Positions 46,720-56,457 of a stretch of DNA of 64,000 nt are shown here, piece after piece. The stretch comes from Justusliebigvirus VEcB. The first letter of the stretch is position 1, and the number at the start of each line of letters is the position of its first letter. The position numbers were made by a program, and so were the translations under genes. The notes under the pieces were generated by a model. That model was not told the origin of the DNA. It saw only the letters and a list, made by a program, of their open reading frames with translations, and did not search any database. Location: the sequence record OZ035773.1. One strand, given 5' to 3'.

Positions 46720-47604
46720 TTATTTTTGAATAGTTGACTTAATAAGGTCTTGCATAATACCACGGATTTCATTAAAGCACAGAAGGACAGATGCTTCAAA
46801 AGATCCTTCTTCGTCGTTAAAGTATTTAGGGAATTTAATGCCACTTAACTTAAATTCTTTATCAACAATAAAGTTAACGAAACCGTCATATTCCAGACCA
46901 ATGGCAACAACGTGCTTACCATCTTCCATAAGTTCTACTGCACGAGATTCGTAAAGGGATTCTTTACTCCATACAACCACACCTTCAGAATCTTCAAGTT
47001 TAATATAATTACCAAGGGTCAGTCGTTCAGCCTCATGTTCTTCTAAGATGGTATCGAAACCTTTAATAATGGCTTCTTCGTGTACACTAAACGGCAGGAC
47101 TGGGAAAGTACCCAACACCTCACGAAGAAACACAGCAATATCTTCACTAATTTTCTTAGTACCATTAAGAACGTAGGTAATACTGTTTTCAGTGTCTACA
47201 ACAACATAGTTATAGAAATCATCTGCCTCTGTTTCTGGGAGCAGAGAAAACACGATATCAGCCTCAATTGCTTTTTTACTTTCTTTGTCCAGGAAGAATT
47301 CTTTAGTAGGATTTGCAGCAATAAACTCTTGTTCCATCTCTTTGAGTTTTTCATTAAGAATGCGTTTAACTTTTTTCTTGTTAACTTTCTTAACAGATTG
47401 CCCTACTTTAATAACCTCTAAACCAGAGAACACTTTTACATAGGAACCATCATCTTCAAAACGAACAAGACCAATGGTATGTGCTTGTTGACCCTGTGCC
47501 ACAACAAAATCCAGCGGTTTGTCTGTTACTGTGTTCAGTGCGGAAATAGACAGACCATCACCAGAAATCAGGGTTACGCAAGATTTGAAATTTTTAGCAA
47601 ACAT
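46720..47604 (-). CDS. hypothetical protein (294 aa)
   Basis: six-frame ORF. Confidence 0.5.
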   Translation of the reverse strand: MFAKNFKSCVTLISGDGLSISALNTVTDKPLDFVVAQGQQAHTIGLVRFEDDGSYVKVFSGLEVIKVGQSVKKVNKKKVKRILNEKLKEMEQEFIAANPTKEFFLDKESKKAIEADIVFSLLPETEADDFYNYVVVDTENSITYVLNGTKKISEDIAVFLREVLGTFPVLPFSVHEEAIIKGFDTILEEHEAERLTLGNYIKLEDSEGVVVWSKESLYESRAVELMEDGKHVVAIGLEYDGFVNFIVDKEFKLSGIKFPKYFNDEEGSFEASVLLCFNEIRGIMQDLIKSTIQK

Positions 47605-47614
47605 AGTTTTCTCC

Positions 47615-47893
47615 TCAAATAATAACTACAAAATATTTTACACCATCATATTCGACAATATGATCAGGATATTTAAATCCTTTATAAGATTTACCAAACA
47701 GACTAACAGCCTCATTAGCTTTGTTTTGCGGATTACTCAGCCACTGTTCTTCTGTGTAAAACTTAAACTCTGTTCTCTTACCTTCTTTTTCTAAACCAAC
47801 AATTTCCTGTGTGATATCTTCAATACCTGCATTCTTCAAGGATTTGATTACCTGACGCAAACCGTGTTTAAAGATATCTTCTGCTGTTAACAT
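47615..47893 (-). CDS. hypothetical protein (92 aa)
   Basis: six-frame ORF. Confidence 0.45.
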   Translation of the reverse strand: MLTAEDIFKHGLRQVIKSLKNAGIEDITQEIVGLEKEGKRTEFKFYTEEQWLSNPQNKANEAVSLFGKSYKGFKYPDHIVEYDGVKYFVVII

Positions 47894-47906
47894 AATACCT
47901 CCAATA

Positions 47907-47925
47907 AGCCCCCGAAGGGGCTTTA
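47907..47925 (-). terminator. rho-independent terminator
   Basis: agcccc-cgaa-ggggct plus T run. Confidence 0.5.
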
Positions 47926-47929
47926 TTTC

Positions 47930-48652
47930 TTAAGCAATGATTGCTGCGATATTAGGTTTAACAAAGGTAGATGGTTTCATAATTTTACCTTTGTCATCAA
48001 AGAATACGTACACCTTTTGAACTTCGTTATATACAGCATGTACCCCAGTATAAGAACCTTCTGCACGATCTTTGCTTCGCATCTCGATAGCATCGCACTC
48101 TTTTTCAAGAGCTTCAATAATATCCTTAGTTTCCCAAATAGCCAGGAGTTGCTTCTTGGTAGGATACTTGGACTCATTGCTATTCAACACTTCACGCATA
48201 ACCTTCTTCTCGTTATAAACAGAACGCACCAAAGTATCTCGTGCCATACGGGTAAGTGTAAGAGACATTAAGGCAAATTGCAAGTCATTTTCTACCATTT
48301 TATCAAATTCAATGATAACATCGTAAATGTTTTCTGCCAGAACATCTCCTGTCGGCATTTCCAGAGCTTTATCAACACCTTCTTTACCAAAGAACATAAA
48401 TGCCAGATAGGATGCTACCACAAAAATATCTGCTGCTGCATCAAGTAATTCAACGTGATCATTTTCCTGTGCTGCTGCTTGAAACTCTTTAAGTTCTTCT
48501 CGTACAAAAGAAAGTTGAGCTTCAAACATCTCTTGAGTAAATTCTGGGGTTACTCCACCGCGTGCCTTAGCATTCCAAGCAGCAATTTGATCGGCAGCTT
48601 TGATAAAGAAGCTATTGTCCACTTTTACTTGTTTGAAAAAATTCTCGATCAT
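47930..48652 (-). CDS. MazG-like nucleoside triphosphate pyrophosphohydrolase (possible dCTPase/dUTPase-like)
   Basis: E-E...LLDAAADIFVV all-alpha NTP-PPase motif. Confidence 0.55.
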   Translation of the reverse strand: MIENFFKQVKVDNSFFIKAADQIAAWNAKARGGVTPEFTQEMFEAQLSFVREELKEFQAAAQENDHVELLDAAADIFVVASYLAFMFFGKEGVDKALEMPTGDVLAENIYDVIIEFDKMVENDLQFALMSLTLTRMARDTLVRSVYNEKKVMREVLNSNESKYPTKKQLLAIWETKDIIEALEKECDAIEMRSKDRAEGSYTGVHAVYNEVQKVYVFFDDKGKIMKPSTFVKPNIAAIIA

Positions 48653-48661
48653 TGTTTCTCC

Positions 48662-48868
48662 TTATTTAAAATATTGTTCTAACAAAACACTAATGCGAAC
48701 TACCGATTCGCCCATATACGCCCCAGCACAGAGGAAAACAACAAATCTACAAAAATTGCAGTACCATTTGTCCACTGGAAACGAGGCTAACATTATAATT
48801 GCAATAGCAATTAACATCATAAGAACTGTTACTAATACCATATTACCTCTTACTCTGCTGGTTCCCAA
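48662..48868 (-). CDS. small membrane protein (68 aa)
   Basis: hydrophobic VLVTVLMMLIAIAIIML. Confidence 0.4.
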   Translation of the reverse strand: MGTSRVRGNMVLVTVLMMLIAIAIIMLASFPVDKWYCNFCRFVVFLCAGAYMGESVVRISVLLEQYFK

Positions 48869-50013
48869 GTACCTGGAATCATCTTACGTAAACGGACACC
48901 TGTTGGTTTCGTAGGTATTCCACCATCGGAAAACTCTTCATACTCAATCTCAACAAATTTACCAATTAACATTTCGGCATTTTCTGCTTTACGATAGTTA
49001 ATGGTTTCATCTGAATCCTTACGCATCAGGAATTCGACTACTTTACCATTTTCCATCTCGCCTGTCAATACCCCGTCACCATTTTTATCACGCTTTGCGC
49101 TTACCACTTTAACTTCAAGCGTCTGACGTGGTTTACGTTTAATAACATCATAAGAACGTTTATCAAACTCGTAAACACCTTGTGCGTTACGATACACCAC
49201 ACCTTCCGCTTTCTCACGTAGAGCTTTTGCATAGAAAGCATCAAACTGTTCTTGGTTTTCAATGTACTCTGTATGTACTACACAAATAAGTTCATCTAAA
49301 CCTTTATCTTCAACAACGTCTTTTAGAGCAGCCAAAACTTCAACCCTCTTCTCAAATGGTACAGATGGCACAGGAACATCATATACATAGTATTTAAGAA
49401 GCGGAGTGTTAGCATTATGCTTTTTCCACGCACTATTAATTTGTTGAAGGCTAAGGACACCCAAACCAGCAAAAACTTCACCGTCAAGAGGATGACCAAC
49501 TACTTCTTTAATGAAGGTTGGAATTTCTTTCCAGTGAGGTGGAAGTTTATATACTTCCCCAGCTTTAGATAAACATTCACCTTGCATGTTAATCATTGAA
49601 CGTAGACCATTCAATTTATATTGTGCATAACCTGGGAACAAAACACGATCAGCATAATCTTTATAATCCTGACATTTCATGGGTGTGGAAGGAACATGGT
49701 TTTCAGCTTCCTCTTTTGTTTTATAATACCCATTCTTAAGTTGTTTTGTCCATTTGGCAAGAGCTTCTATTTCAGCTTGTTCTTCTGCTGTTGTTTCATT
49801 TGAGCGACCAATATTTTTAGGTTCTGCTGTATAAGATTTGCTAGTAATCTTTCCACCTAATTGACCATGAGCAACAGTTACAACACTACCTTCGGTATAG
49901 ACTGACCACTGTTTAATTTTACCTGTAGAAGTTTTACCATACAATGTAGGATTAGTTTGTTTCATCTTTAACCTCCAGTTGAGAAAGAACCCATTTAGCC
50001 ATTTCAATTTCAC
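48850..50013 (-). CDS. ATP-dependent DNA ligase (start may be internal)
   Basis: YKLNGLR adenylation motif K-x-N-G-x-R; nucleotidyltransferase plus OB-domain size. Confidence 0.75.
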   Translation of the reverse strand: MKLKWLNGFFLNWRLKMKQTNPTLYGKTSTGKIKQWSVYTEGSVVTVAHGQLGGKITSKSYTAEPKNIGRSNETTAEEQAEIEALAKWTKQLKNGYYKTKEEAENHVPSTPMKCQDYKDYADRVLFPGYAQYKLNGLRSMINMQGECLSKAGEVYKLPPHWKEIPTFIKEVVGHPLDGEVFAGLGVLSLQQINSAWKKHNANTPLLKYYVYDVPVPSVPFEKRVEVLAALKDVVEDKGLDELICVVHTEYIENQEQFDAFYAKALREKAEGVVYRNAQGVYEFDKRSYDVIKRKPRQTLEVKVVSAKRDKNGDGVLTGEMENGKVVEFLMRKDSDETINYRKAENAEMLIGKFVEIEYEEFSDGGIPTKPTGVRLRKMIPGTWEPAE

Positions 50014-50155
50014 CGTGTAGTCTGCCTAGTTCATAGGCATCATCAATATTACCACCAGTGTAATCATCCACCATAAAGTAAGGATCTTCACTACTGTTAG
50101 GCGCGTTTGCAATTCTCGTTAGTTCTTCAATAAATGTCATAGTTAACCTTACCAA
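49952..50155 (-). CDS. hypothetical protein (67 aa)
   Basis: six-frame ORF. Confidence 0.4.
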   Translation of the reverse strand: MVRLTMTFIEELTRIANAPNSSEDPYFMVDDYTGGNIDDAYELGRLHGEIEMAKWVLSQLEVKDETN

Positions 50156-50373
50156 TTATACACAAGAGTTTGAATTTCTTCCATCAAGTCTTCAAGATCT
50201 GTATCAACATATTCAGAAGATGTTGCCATAAAGTATGTAATCATTGTGAACCCTTCAGAAGAAAGGGCATCAAGAATATCATTAAACATATCTTCCATTT
50301 CAGTATTCTCACCAAACGAGAATAACATTTGTTGATCTTCGCTTACACCTTTAACATAGATAGCTGTACTCAT
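50149..50373 (-). CDS. hypothetical acidic protein (74 aa)
   Basis: six-frame ORF. Confidence 0.4.
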   Translation of the reverse strand: MSTAIYVKGVSEDQQMLFSFGENTEMEDMFNDILDALSSEGFTMITYFMATSSEYVDTDLEDLMEEIQTLVYNW

Positions 50374-50376
50374 ATA

Positions 50377-50697
50377 TTAATCCTTAAGACGTTCATTTAA
50401 ATCTGCAATAACATCACCTAAATCTTCACATTCCAGTGTTAATTCTGAAACTTGTCCACTCAAATAACAAACTTCTTCATTTAGATCTGAAATAATGTTT
50501 TCTAATGAATCTACTTGGTCATCATATGAACGTTTTGTTTCTTCAAGGTCTTCCATAAGACTATCAATCAAATGCAGCAAAGATAAGATATAGCCGTCTC
50601 CTGTCTCGTTCCTCCACTCACTTCCGTAGCGATAAATAATAATTTCACCATTATCGACTACTGTAAAATACTTACCTTCACCAGAATAAATTTCCAT
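50377..50697 (-). CDS. hypothetical protein (106 aa)
   Basis: six-frame ORF. Confidence 0.45.
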   Translation of the reverse strand: MEIYSGEGKYFTVVDNGEIIIYRYGSEWRNETGDGYILSLLHLIDSLMEDLEETKRSYDDQVDSLENIISDLNEEVCYLSGQVSELTLECEDLGDVIADLNERLKD

Positions 50698-50706
50698 ACA
50701 CTCTCC

Positions 50707-51111
50707 TTATTGTAGCTTAAGTGAACTGCGAAGACGTTTTTCTTGCTGATCACGAATATGTTGTGGAACCTCATGAATTGAATCGTTACCGTGCCTATTC
50801 TCCACAACTAAAGAAATAACTTGATAACCAAACTCTTCAGCAAGAGTTAAATAAGGTTTAAGTTCTTTTTCTGTAGTAGAGGTATTAGAAACAATAATCT
50901 TTTCAACACCATACTGCATATATTTTTGTACTTTGACACGACACCATTGGTGTGCTTTATGGATATTCTCTTGTTTCCACTCATACACACCATCTTCAGT
51001 GTAGTGGTATTGATCTGCCTCACAAATAGGCCAATGATTTTCAGAGATAATTTCTGCTACTGTAGATTTACCTGCACCTGAAACACCACGTAAAATGATA
51101 AGTTGTTTCAT
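50707..51111 (-). CDS. P-loop kinase (polynucleotide 5'-kinase-like)
   Basis: Walker A GVSGAGKST; size and position next to ligase and phosphoesterase. Confidence 0.55.
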   Translation of the reverse strand: MKQLIILRGVSGAGKSTVAEIISENHWPICEADQYHYTEDGVYEWKQENIHKAHQWCRVKVQKYMQYGVEKIIVSNTSTTEKELKPYLTLAEEFGYQVISLVVENRHGNDSIHEVPQHIRDQQEKRLRSSLKLQ

Positions 51112-52044
51112 TTAGCCTCCAAAGAAGTTTTCTATTTCTTTACGTCGCTCTTGTGGATCGAGAGTAGCCCATTGAGCCTTCGTAAATTTATTTCGAAGCC
51201 ATTCTAGCAAAGTATAATATTCTTCGTCAACAATTTGTTTAGCATTGTTTGGGTTGTCCCAAATCATATCCCACTTCTTATTGCCACCACGCATAAGGAA
51301 TTTCTTAGCAAGATAGTATGGTGACTTAATCTTTAAGAGTAAGTTAAACGGATAGTTTGTTTCACGAACAACAAAGCCTTCGTGTCTACAATGTTTAGAC
51401 ATTTCAACAACATCTGAAAATTTAATCATCGGATAAACTTCAGGACGTTTAAATTTTGTAATAGATGCAATCCCATCAAGAACACCTTCAGGTAACATGA
51501 AACTTGTCCCATCAAGATTTTGAATTCTTGCTCCAATTAAGTATGCGCCTGGTTCTTCTTCGACAATATGTGGATCAGAAGGATCACAGATTTCAAAAAG
51601 AAAAGTTGCTTTTGCACTTTCTGTCCACTTAATGAAATACTCTATATCGTCACACTCGGAAACAATACGGTTCTTTGCCATAATTGCGAAATCTGATTCT
51701 AGGCTCCCTGTTGTTGATACAACAAGTTTCCCTTTGTACACACCTACAGATGCCATAAAACCGTTTACTTTACGGGCAGCATCTACAATTTCGTCTGCTG
51801 GAAGATCTGTACCATTTTCAAAACGATTAAAGATTTTAGTAAAAGGCCAAATAACAACATTGTCTTCTGAGTCAACAACCAACCCACGACAATCTAAAAG
51901 TCGTTTGTCAACGTTCCACAAGTTATCCCAGAATACATTGTTTTTGTATTTAAGTACAGCAAGACCAGCATACTCTCCAGATTTAACTTCTTTTTTATGC
52001 ACTAAACCTTTTGCAATCAGGTCATCACAATTGAACTTAGCCAC
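51112..52044 (-). CDS. RNA ligase (T4 Rnl1-like)
   Basis: LLDCRGLVV resembles T4 Rnl1 ALECRGIMF; KVNG nucleotidyltransferase motif I; EGFVVRE. Confidence 0.55.
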   Translation of the reverse strand: MAKFNCDDLIAKGLVHKKEVKSGEYAGLAVLKYKNNVFWDNLWNVDKRLLDCRGLVVDSEDNVVIWPFTKIFNRFENGTDLPADEIVDAARKVNGFMASVGVYKGKLVVSTTGSLESDFAIMAKNRIVSECDDIEYFIKWTESAKATFLFEICDPSDPHIVEEEPGAYLIGARIQNLDGTSFMLPEGVLDGIASITKFKRPEVYPMIKFSDVVEMSKHCRHEGFVVRETNYPFNLLLKIKSPYYLAKKFLMRGGNKKWDMIWDNPNNAKQIVDEEYYTLLEWLRNKFTKAQWATLDPQERRKEIENFFGG

Positions 52045-52045
52045 C

Positions 52046-52597
52046 TTAATCTCCTTTGATTATCTTATGATGATCTACAACAATAATATCACGCTTATCC
52101 ATAATAGAGATGATTTCGTCAAAATGCAAGATTTTCCCGTGTGCATCCCAACCAACATCCAACATTTTCCCATACAAATGATCAGGGAATGATCCGTGAG
52201 AGTGTCCGTGTAGCATGATTGATCCATGCCCTTGTTTATTCCAGGCAGCCATAGGGTAATGACTTAAGACGAAGAACAGCTTCTTATATTTCACTTCGTC
52301 ATAATACACAACTTCTCCATACTCTGCAAGCATTTTTCGGTGTTTGCTATAATCGTGATTACCAACAATAAACGTAATATCACCTTGCAAACGACAAGCA
52401 ATTTTACGTGTATCTTCTTCGGTTCCGAAACAGAAGTCCCCAAGATGGTACATCTTTACTCCTGGTGTTGTGGCACATTTATTCCATGCTTCGATCAGTG
52501 CTTCTGTCATATGCTCCATATCTTCCCACGGGCGATATTCAGGAGCAAACTCTCGGATACGTTTGTGCATAAAATGCAAATCACTTGTAATAAACAT
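52046..52597 (-). CDS. calcineurin-like metallophosphoesterase
   Basis: DLHF, GDFCFG, GNHD motifs. Confidence 0.7.
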   Translation of the reverse strand: MFITSDLHFMHKRIREFAPEYRPWEDMEHMTEALIEAWNKCATTPGVKMYHLGDFCFGTEEDTRKIACRLQGDITFIVGNHDYSKHRKMLAEYGEVVYYDEVKYKKLFFVLSHYPMAAWNKQGHGSIMLHGHSHGSFPDHLYGKMLDVGWDAHGKILHFDEIISIMDKRDIIVVDHHKIIKGD

Positions 52598-52959
52598 TAG
52601 TATAATCCCTCGCTGAATAGTTCACTGTTGTGACCATTTCTTTCGTAGTTAATTTGTTTGGCGTTATCTGCAATGATATAAGCATCTTTGCGACTCCACC
52701 AGTTATAATACTGATCAATAAACCCTTGATTATCAGGTAAGCAAAACAGTTTATCAATCAATCCTGCATCTTTTAAAACATTAAGTTGTGCAGATAGTAC
52801 AGGATTTGCATGCCTAACACAAGGAATAATTAACTCTTCGCCATTATTGAGAATATACTTGTTCGCAGCGCAGACTATAACACGTTGAGCATAGTGATCC
52901 TCACCAATCCAAGTAAGAGGTTGGTAACAAATATCATGTTGATTAGTAGCGCACATCAA
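52597..52959 (-). CDS. hypothetical protein (120 aa)
   Basis: six-frame ORF. Confidence 0.45.
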   Translation of the reverse strand: MMCATNQHDICYQPLTWIGEDHYAQRVIVCAANKYILNNGEELIIPCVRHANPVLSAQLNVLKDAGLIDKLFCLPDNQGFIDQYYNWWSRKDAYIIADNAKQINYERNGHNSELFSEGLY

Positions 52960-53113
52960 TTTTCTCCATACTCTTTTAATCTATCAGCGAAAAACTGTAA
53001 TCAGGAAGTAAAAGATCATTACTCGTATCGCTACAGTTTTCTTCCTCTTTATAGATAAAATGCCCTTCATCCTCTTCTTGCTCTGACCAAACTGAGTAAT
53101 GCATAATACCTAC

Positions 53114-53488
53114 TTAATAGTTAACACGTTTAATTTCAACACCATAGGATGCAATAAAATTTTCCTTAGCTAACATATATTTACTAGCAGCAGAAGGATT
53201 TGATGTATGAACATAGATAGTTTTAAGAGCATCCCATTCACCTGCGTACAACATACATTCTACATCTAAGAACGCATGATAGCCTTCTTGATCTTCTCCA
53301 AGATCATTATCGAAGTGTATTTCTGAGATATTATTGAAATTATCTTCATCTGAAACAAAAGATGACCAATCCCCAAAAGATTTTAACCAAATGGCATCCT
53401 CATAACCATAATCTTTAGGATCTCTTAAATCGTCTAACCAAAGAATTTTAGCCACTATCAACCCCCTTCCTGTTTCTCTTCTTTCCAA
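53114..53488 (-). CDS. hypothetical protein (124 aa)
   Basis: six-frame ORF. Confidence 0.45.
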   Translation of the reverse strand: MERRETGRGLIVAKILWLDDLRDPKDYGYEDAIWLKSFGDWSSFVSDEDNFNNISEIHFDNDLGEDQEGYHAFLDVECMLYAGEWDALKTIYVHTSNPSAASKYMLAKENFIASYGVEIKRVNY

Positions 53489-53649
53489 GTTTTACCTTTA
53501 TCTACCAATTGCTTAGAAACAGCAAATCTTTCTCCATTGACATAAAACAGATAAAGAATAAAGGATTTTCCTATAGTTACAGTATCTACCACTTCTACAC
53601 GCTTTACACCTTGCATGTATTTGGCTTTACCTGAATAAATAAGGAACAT
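53458..53649 (-). CDS. hypothetical protein (63 aa)
   Basis: six-frame ORF. Confidence 0.35.
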   Translation of the reverse strand: MFLIYSGKAKYMQGVKRVEVVDTVTIGKSFILYLFYVNGERFAVSKQLVDKGKTWKEEKQEGG

Positions 53650-53927
53650 TATTTATTCCTTTTGTTGTTGATCACATCTAAAGCTGTATAAGGTTTGTTT
53701 GTACCGCTGTATTCAAGAATAATTGGTGCATGTTCATAGACAAACTCAAAAGTACCATACACAGAATCTGCAACTGAAATAAGCATTTCAGTGCCTTCAT
53801 CGTTCTTAATTAATGAAAACCTTGCCCCTGGTTTATTGAGCACTTCATATTTCTTACCTACTGTCAGCAAACCTGAATACCATTCATTTTGCACAACAGA
53901 CAAACACTTCAGGTAGGTTTTTCTCAT
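53649..53927 (-). CDS. hypothetical protein (92 aa)
   Basis: six-frame ORF. Confidence 0.45.
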   Translation of the reverse strand: MRKTYLKCLSVVQNEWYSGLLTVGKKYEVLNKPGARFSLIKNDEGTEMLISVADSVYGTFEFVYEHAPIILEYSGTNKPYTALDVINNKRNK

Positions 53928-54265
53928 TTCTTTTTGCTCCTTCTTTTAGGCTTCTCGTATAAACCTAACACAGCCGATTCTTTTGCGCAAATAGGAACTG
54001 ACTTCATCCCTCGTTTTTTAGCTTCTGGTAGATTCAAAACCCACCAACCAAACCAATACAATTCATCTTCTGTGAAAGGATCTGCCATAGGATCTGCATC
54101 ACGTTCTTCAAATTTAGCAAGAGCTTCTTCTATCTTTTCTATTGGAGTATCAAAGACAAAAGCCTCTGTGTCAAATTTTTGTTTCTTAGGAGCGGCCTTT
54201 GCCGCCCCATCTTTAGATGCGTGCTTTGTTACGGATCGCTTCTTCGGTGTTTTCGCCATCAACAA
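53924..54265 (-). CDS. hypothetical protein with basic termini (113 aa)
   Basis: K-rich N and C termini. Confidence 0.45.
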   Translation of the reverse strand: MLMAKTPKKRSVTKHASKDGAAKAAPKKQKFDTEAFVFDTPIEKIEEALAKFEERDADPMADPFTEDELYWFGWWVLNLPEAKKRGMKSVPICAKESAVLGLYEKPKRRSKKK

Positions 54266-54452
54266 CCTCCATACGGTGTAAGAAATCTTGCTGGAATCGC
54301 CAATACTGTTGACCAGTCCTTACATCTTCGTAGATCACAACAGGATCAAACACTTTAGATACACCCGCTGGTTTAGGAAAACCAACTACACGATATAAAC
54401 CACCTTTGCTAATACAAGAATATGTTACATCAGTTAAAATTTCTTTTTTCAT
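54213..54452 (-). CDS. hypothetical protein (79 aa)
   Basis: six-frame ORF. Confidence 0.4.
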   Translation of the reverse strand: MKKEILTDVTYSCISKGGLYRVVGFPKPAGVSKVFDPVVIYEDVRTGQQYWRFQQDFLHRMEVVDGENTEEAIRNKARI

Positions 54453-54646
54453 TTTTTAATAAACTCCAAAACAGGTACGTGATCAGCAGTCAAAGTTACA
54501 CAATTGTAACTTACCTTTTCAACTTCAGAGAATGCTTCAACCCAAAGCAAGAAATTCTCTTTAGCTTCTTCATAATTCAATGTTGACTTAACAACATGAA
54601 ACTCACCAAGAATTACTCTATAGATTGTTTGCATAGTTTGATTCAT
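54449..54646 (-). CDS. hypothetical protein (65 aa)
   Basis: six-frame ORF. Confidence 0.4.
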   Translation of the reverse strand: MNQTMQTIYRVILGEFHVVKSTLNYEEAKENFLLWVEAFSEVEKVSYNCVTLTADHVPVLEFIKK

Positions 54647-54712
54647 TTATTTTTCCTTTGTTTAGAATGTGTTAAACAATCGCAAATGCTTGTGACGCAC
54701 TTTGTGATCCCA

Positions 54713-55081
54713 CTAATTAACGTCAGCACTATGATTGTTGAGAGTATAGGATACTCCATCGCCCAAGTCAACATGAATCTCAACTCCTAACTGTCTTTCT
54801 AATGGTAAACGTTTTGAGAATTGATAATTACAAAGTTTGCAATCTAAGTCAAGCAACTCATGTTTGCTTAAACCTGGAATGATAACTTTGCTTCCCACTG
54901 TCCACTCAATACCTTCAAAGTTATCTCTTCTTTTCAAAATGTCAAGTAAGAAGATGATTTGTTGCCATTCCGTAGACAAGTCTTCTTCATAGAACGCAGA
55001 ACAAAAAGTTTTATCATCGTAGAAAGCATACATTATGCCTCCATCTACTGTTTCACTTCTAACGTACCGTGTGACCCTCAT
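54713..55081 (-). CDS. hypothetical protein (122 aa)
   Basis: six-frame ORF with GGAGGG RBS. Confidence 0.45.
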   Translation of the reverse strand: MRVTRYVRSETVDGGIMYAFYDDKTFCSAFYEEDLSTEWQQIIFLLDILKRRDNFEGIEWTVGSKVIIPGLSKHELLDLDCKLCNYQFSKRLPLERQLGVEIHVDLGDGVSYTLNNHSADVN

Positions 55082-55492
55082 TATTCCCTCCTGTATGGCT
55101 CTGTAACGAGCTAATAGCCTCTAAGATATGCAATCACCTTACCTCACAGTAAAACTCGTTACAATCGTTTTTAGGAGGTTTAGGTTGTACTTAAAAATAA
55201 TCCAAAAAGGTGTTGACAAACGCAAAAAAGTATGCTACCCTAACCCCCGAAAAACGCCGAGCGCAGCGAGGGGGGGTGTTATCTAATCTTGTGATACATG
55301 ATCTAACAGACAACTGAGTAGTCTACATATAGCACTATGTTATGTCTATAATACTAACATACATGCTCTATACTAACAATAGATTCTTTATTAATTTTAT
55401 TATTAATTAAATAATAAATATCTATTGACTTTAGATCTATCTGTATGTAGAGTAGAGAACATAAAGTCCTAACTCAACTAAGGAGATAAACA

Positions 55493-56386
55493 ATGAAAGT
55501 TAGTATTCTACATGGTGTTGACTGTTATGTTACTGATGTAGACGTTAAAGTCTTTACATTCTCTGGTGGAGAACAACATGTTCAACTAGATACGAATCTA
55601 TCAGGTTTCAATCATGCTACAGACAGAATCTTACTTACTTTAGAAGTAAGATCTGCTAAAGACTTGATGACTTTGGTTATGATTAAGAATGCATTGGACA
55701 ATATGCTATATCATAAACCATATTGTGTCGATTTGCTCATGTTGTATGTGCCATATGCACGACAAGACAGAGTGTGTGAGCCTGGGGAAGCATTCGGAGT
55801 TAAAGCCTTTGCTTCTATAATTAATTCATTAAATTTCTCACGTGTTATCGTTGCTGATCCACATAGTGATGTTACTCCAGCAGTGTTTGACAGACTCTGT
55901 GTAATACCTCAAGAAGAGATTGCTTACGAAACTTTAAAGTGGAAGTTACGTATGGAGAATTTTGCTCTTGTTAGTCCTGATGGTGGTGCTCTTAAGAAAA
56001 TATTTAAATTATCTAAGAAAATGTCTTTAGATGTGTTCTGTGCAGAGAAGGTTAGAGATACTGCAACAGGTGCTATTGTTCGTACAGACATTTCTGTACA
56101 GGATTTCAATAAGCGTAACCTGATGATCGTAGATGATATCTGTGACGGCGGTAGAACTTTTATTGAATTGGCTAAAGTGCTACGTGCTCGTAACGCAGGT
56201 AAGATTGAGTTATATGTTACACACGGTATCTTTTCTAAAGGTCTTAAAGAGTTAAGTGAGCACTTTGACTGCATTCATTCTCTTAATGTGTGGGAAGATA
56301 ACATCCAAGAAGATTCCGGTGTTCTTGTTAAGAATCAGTCAGATTTGCAACAACAAATTGTATCTCCATACGTGTGGAATTTTTAA
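55493..56386 (+). CDS. ribose-phosphate pyrophosphokinase-like protein (Prs/Adps-type)
   Basis: PRPP-binding loop LMIVDDICDGGRTF; Prs-like fold. Confidence 0.8.
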   Translation: MKVSILHGVDCYVTDVDVKVFTFSGGEQHVQLDTNLSGFNHATDRILLTLEVRSAKDLMTLVMIKNALDNMLYHKPYCVDLLMLYVPYARQDRVCEPGEAFGVKAFASIINSLNFSRVIVADPHSDVTPAVFDRLCVIPQEEIAYETLKWKLRMENFALVSPDGGALKKIFKLSKKMSLDVFCAEKVRDTATGAIVRTDISVQDFNKRNLMIVDDICDGGRTFIELAKVLRARNAGKIELYVTHGIFSKGLKELSEHFDCIHSLNVWEDNIQEDSGVLVKNQSDLQQQIVSPYVWNF

Positions 56387-56396
56387 ATAATAAGTG

Positions 56397-56431
56397 TTGA
56401 CAACAGGGAGTATGCTTAGTAAGATACTCCC
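56397..56431 (+). promoter_or_regulatory. sigma70-like promoter overlapping stem-loop
   Basis: TTGACA 56397-56402, TAAGAT 56420-56425; hairpin gggagtat...atactccc 56406-56431. Confidence 0.45.
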
Positions 56432-56457
56432 ACACTAACAAACAAGGAGACATAACT

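Noticed and set aside
47977-48271. Track ORFs 47977..48177 (minus) and 48017..48271 (plus) inside the MazG-like gene
   Set aside because: Nested or antisense to a longer ORF with recognisable motifs.
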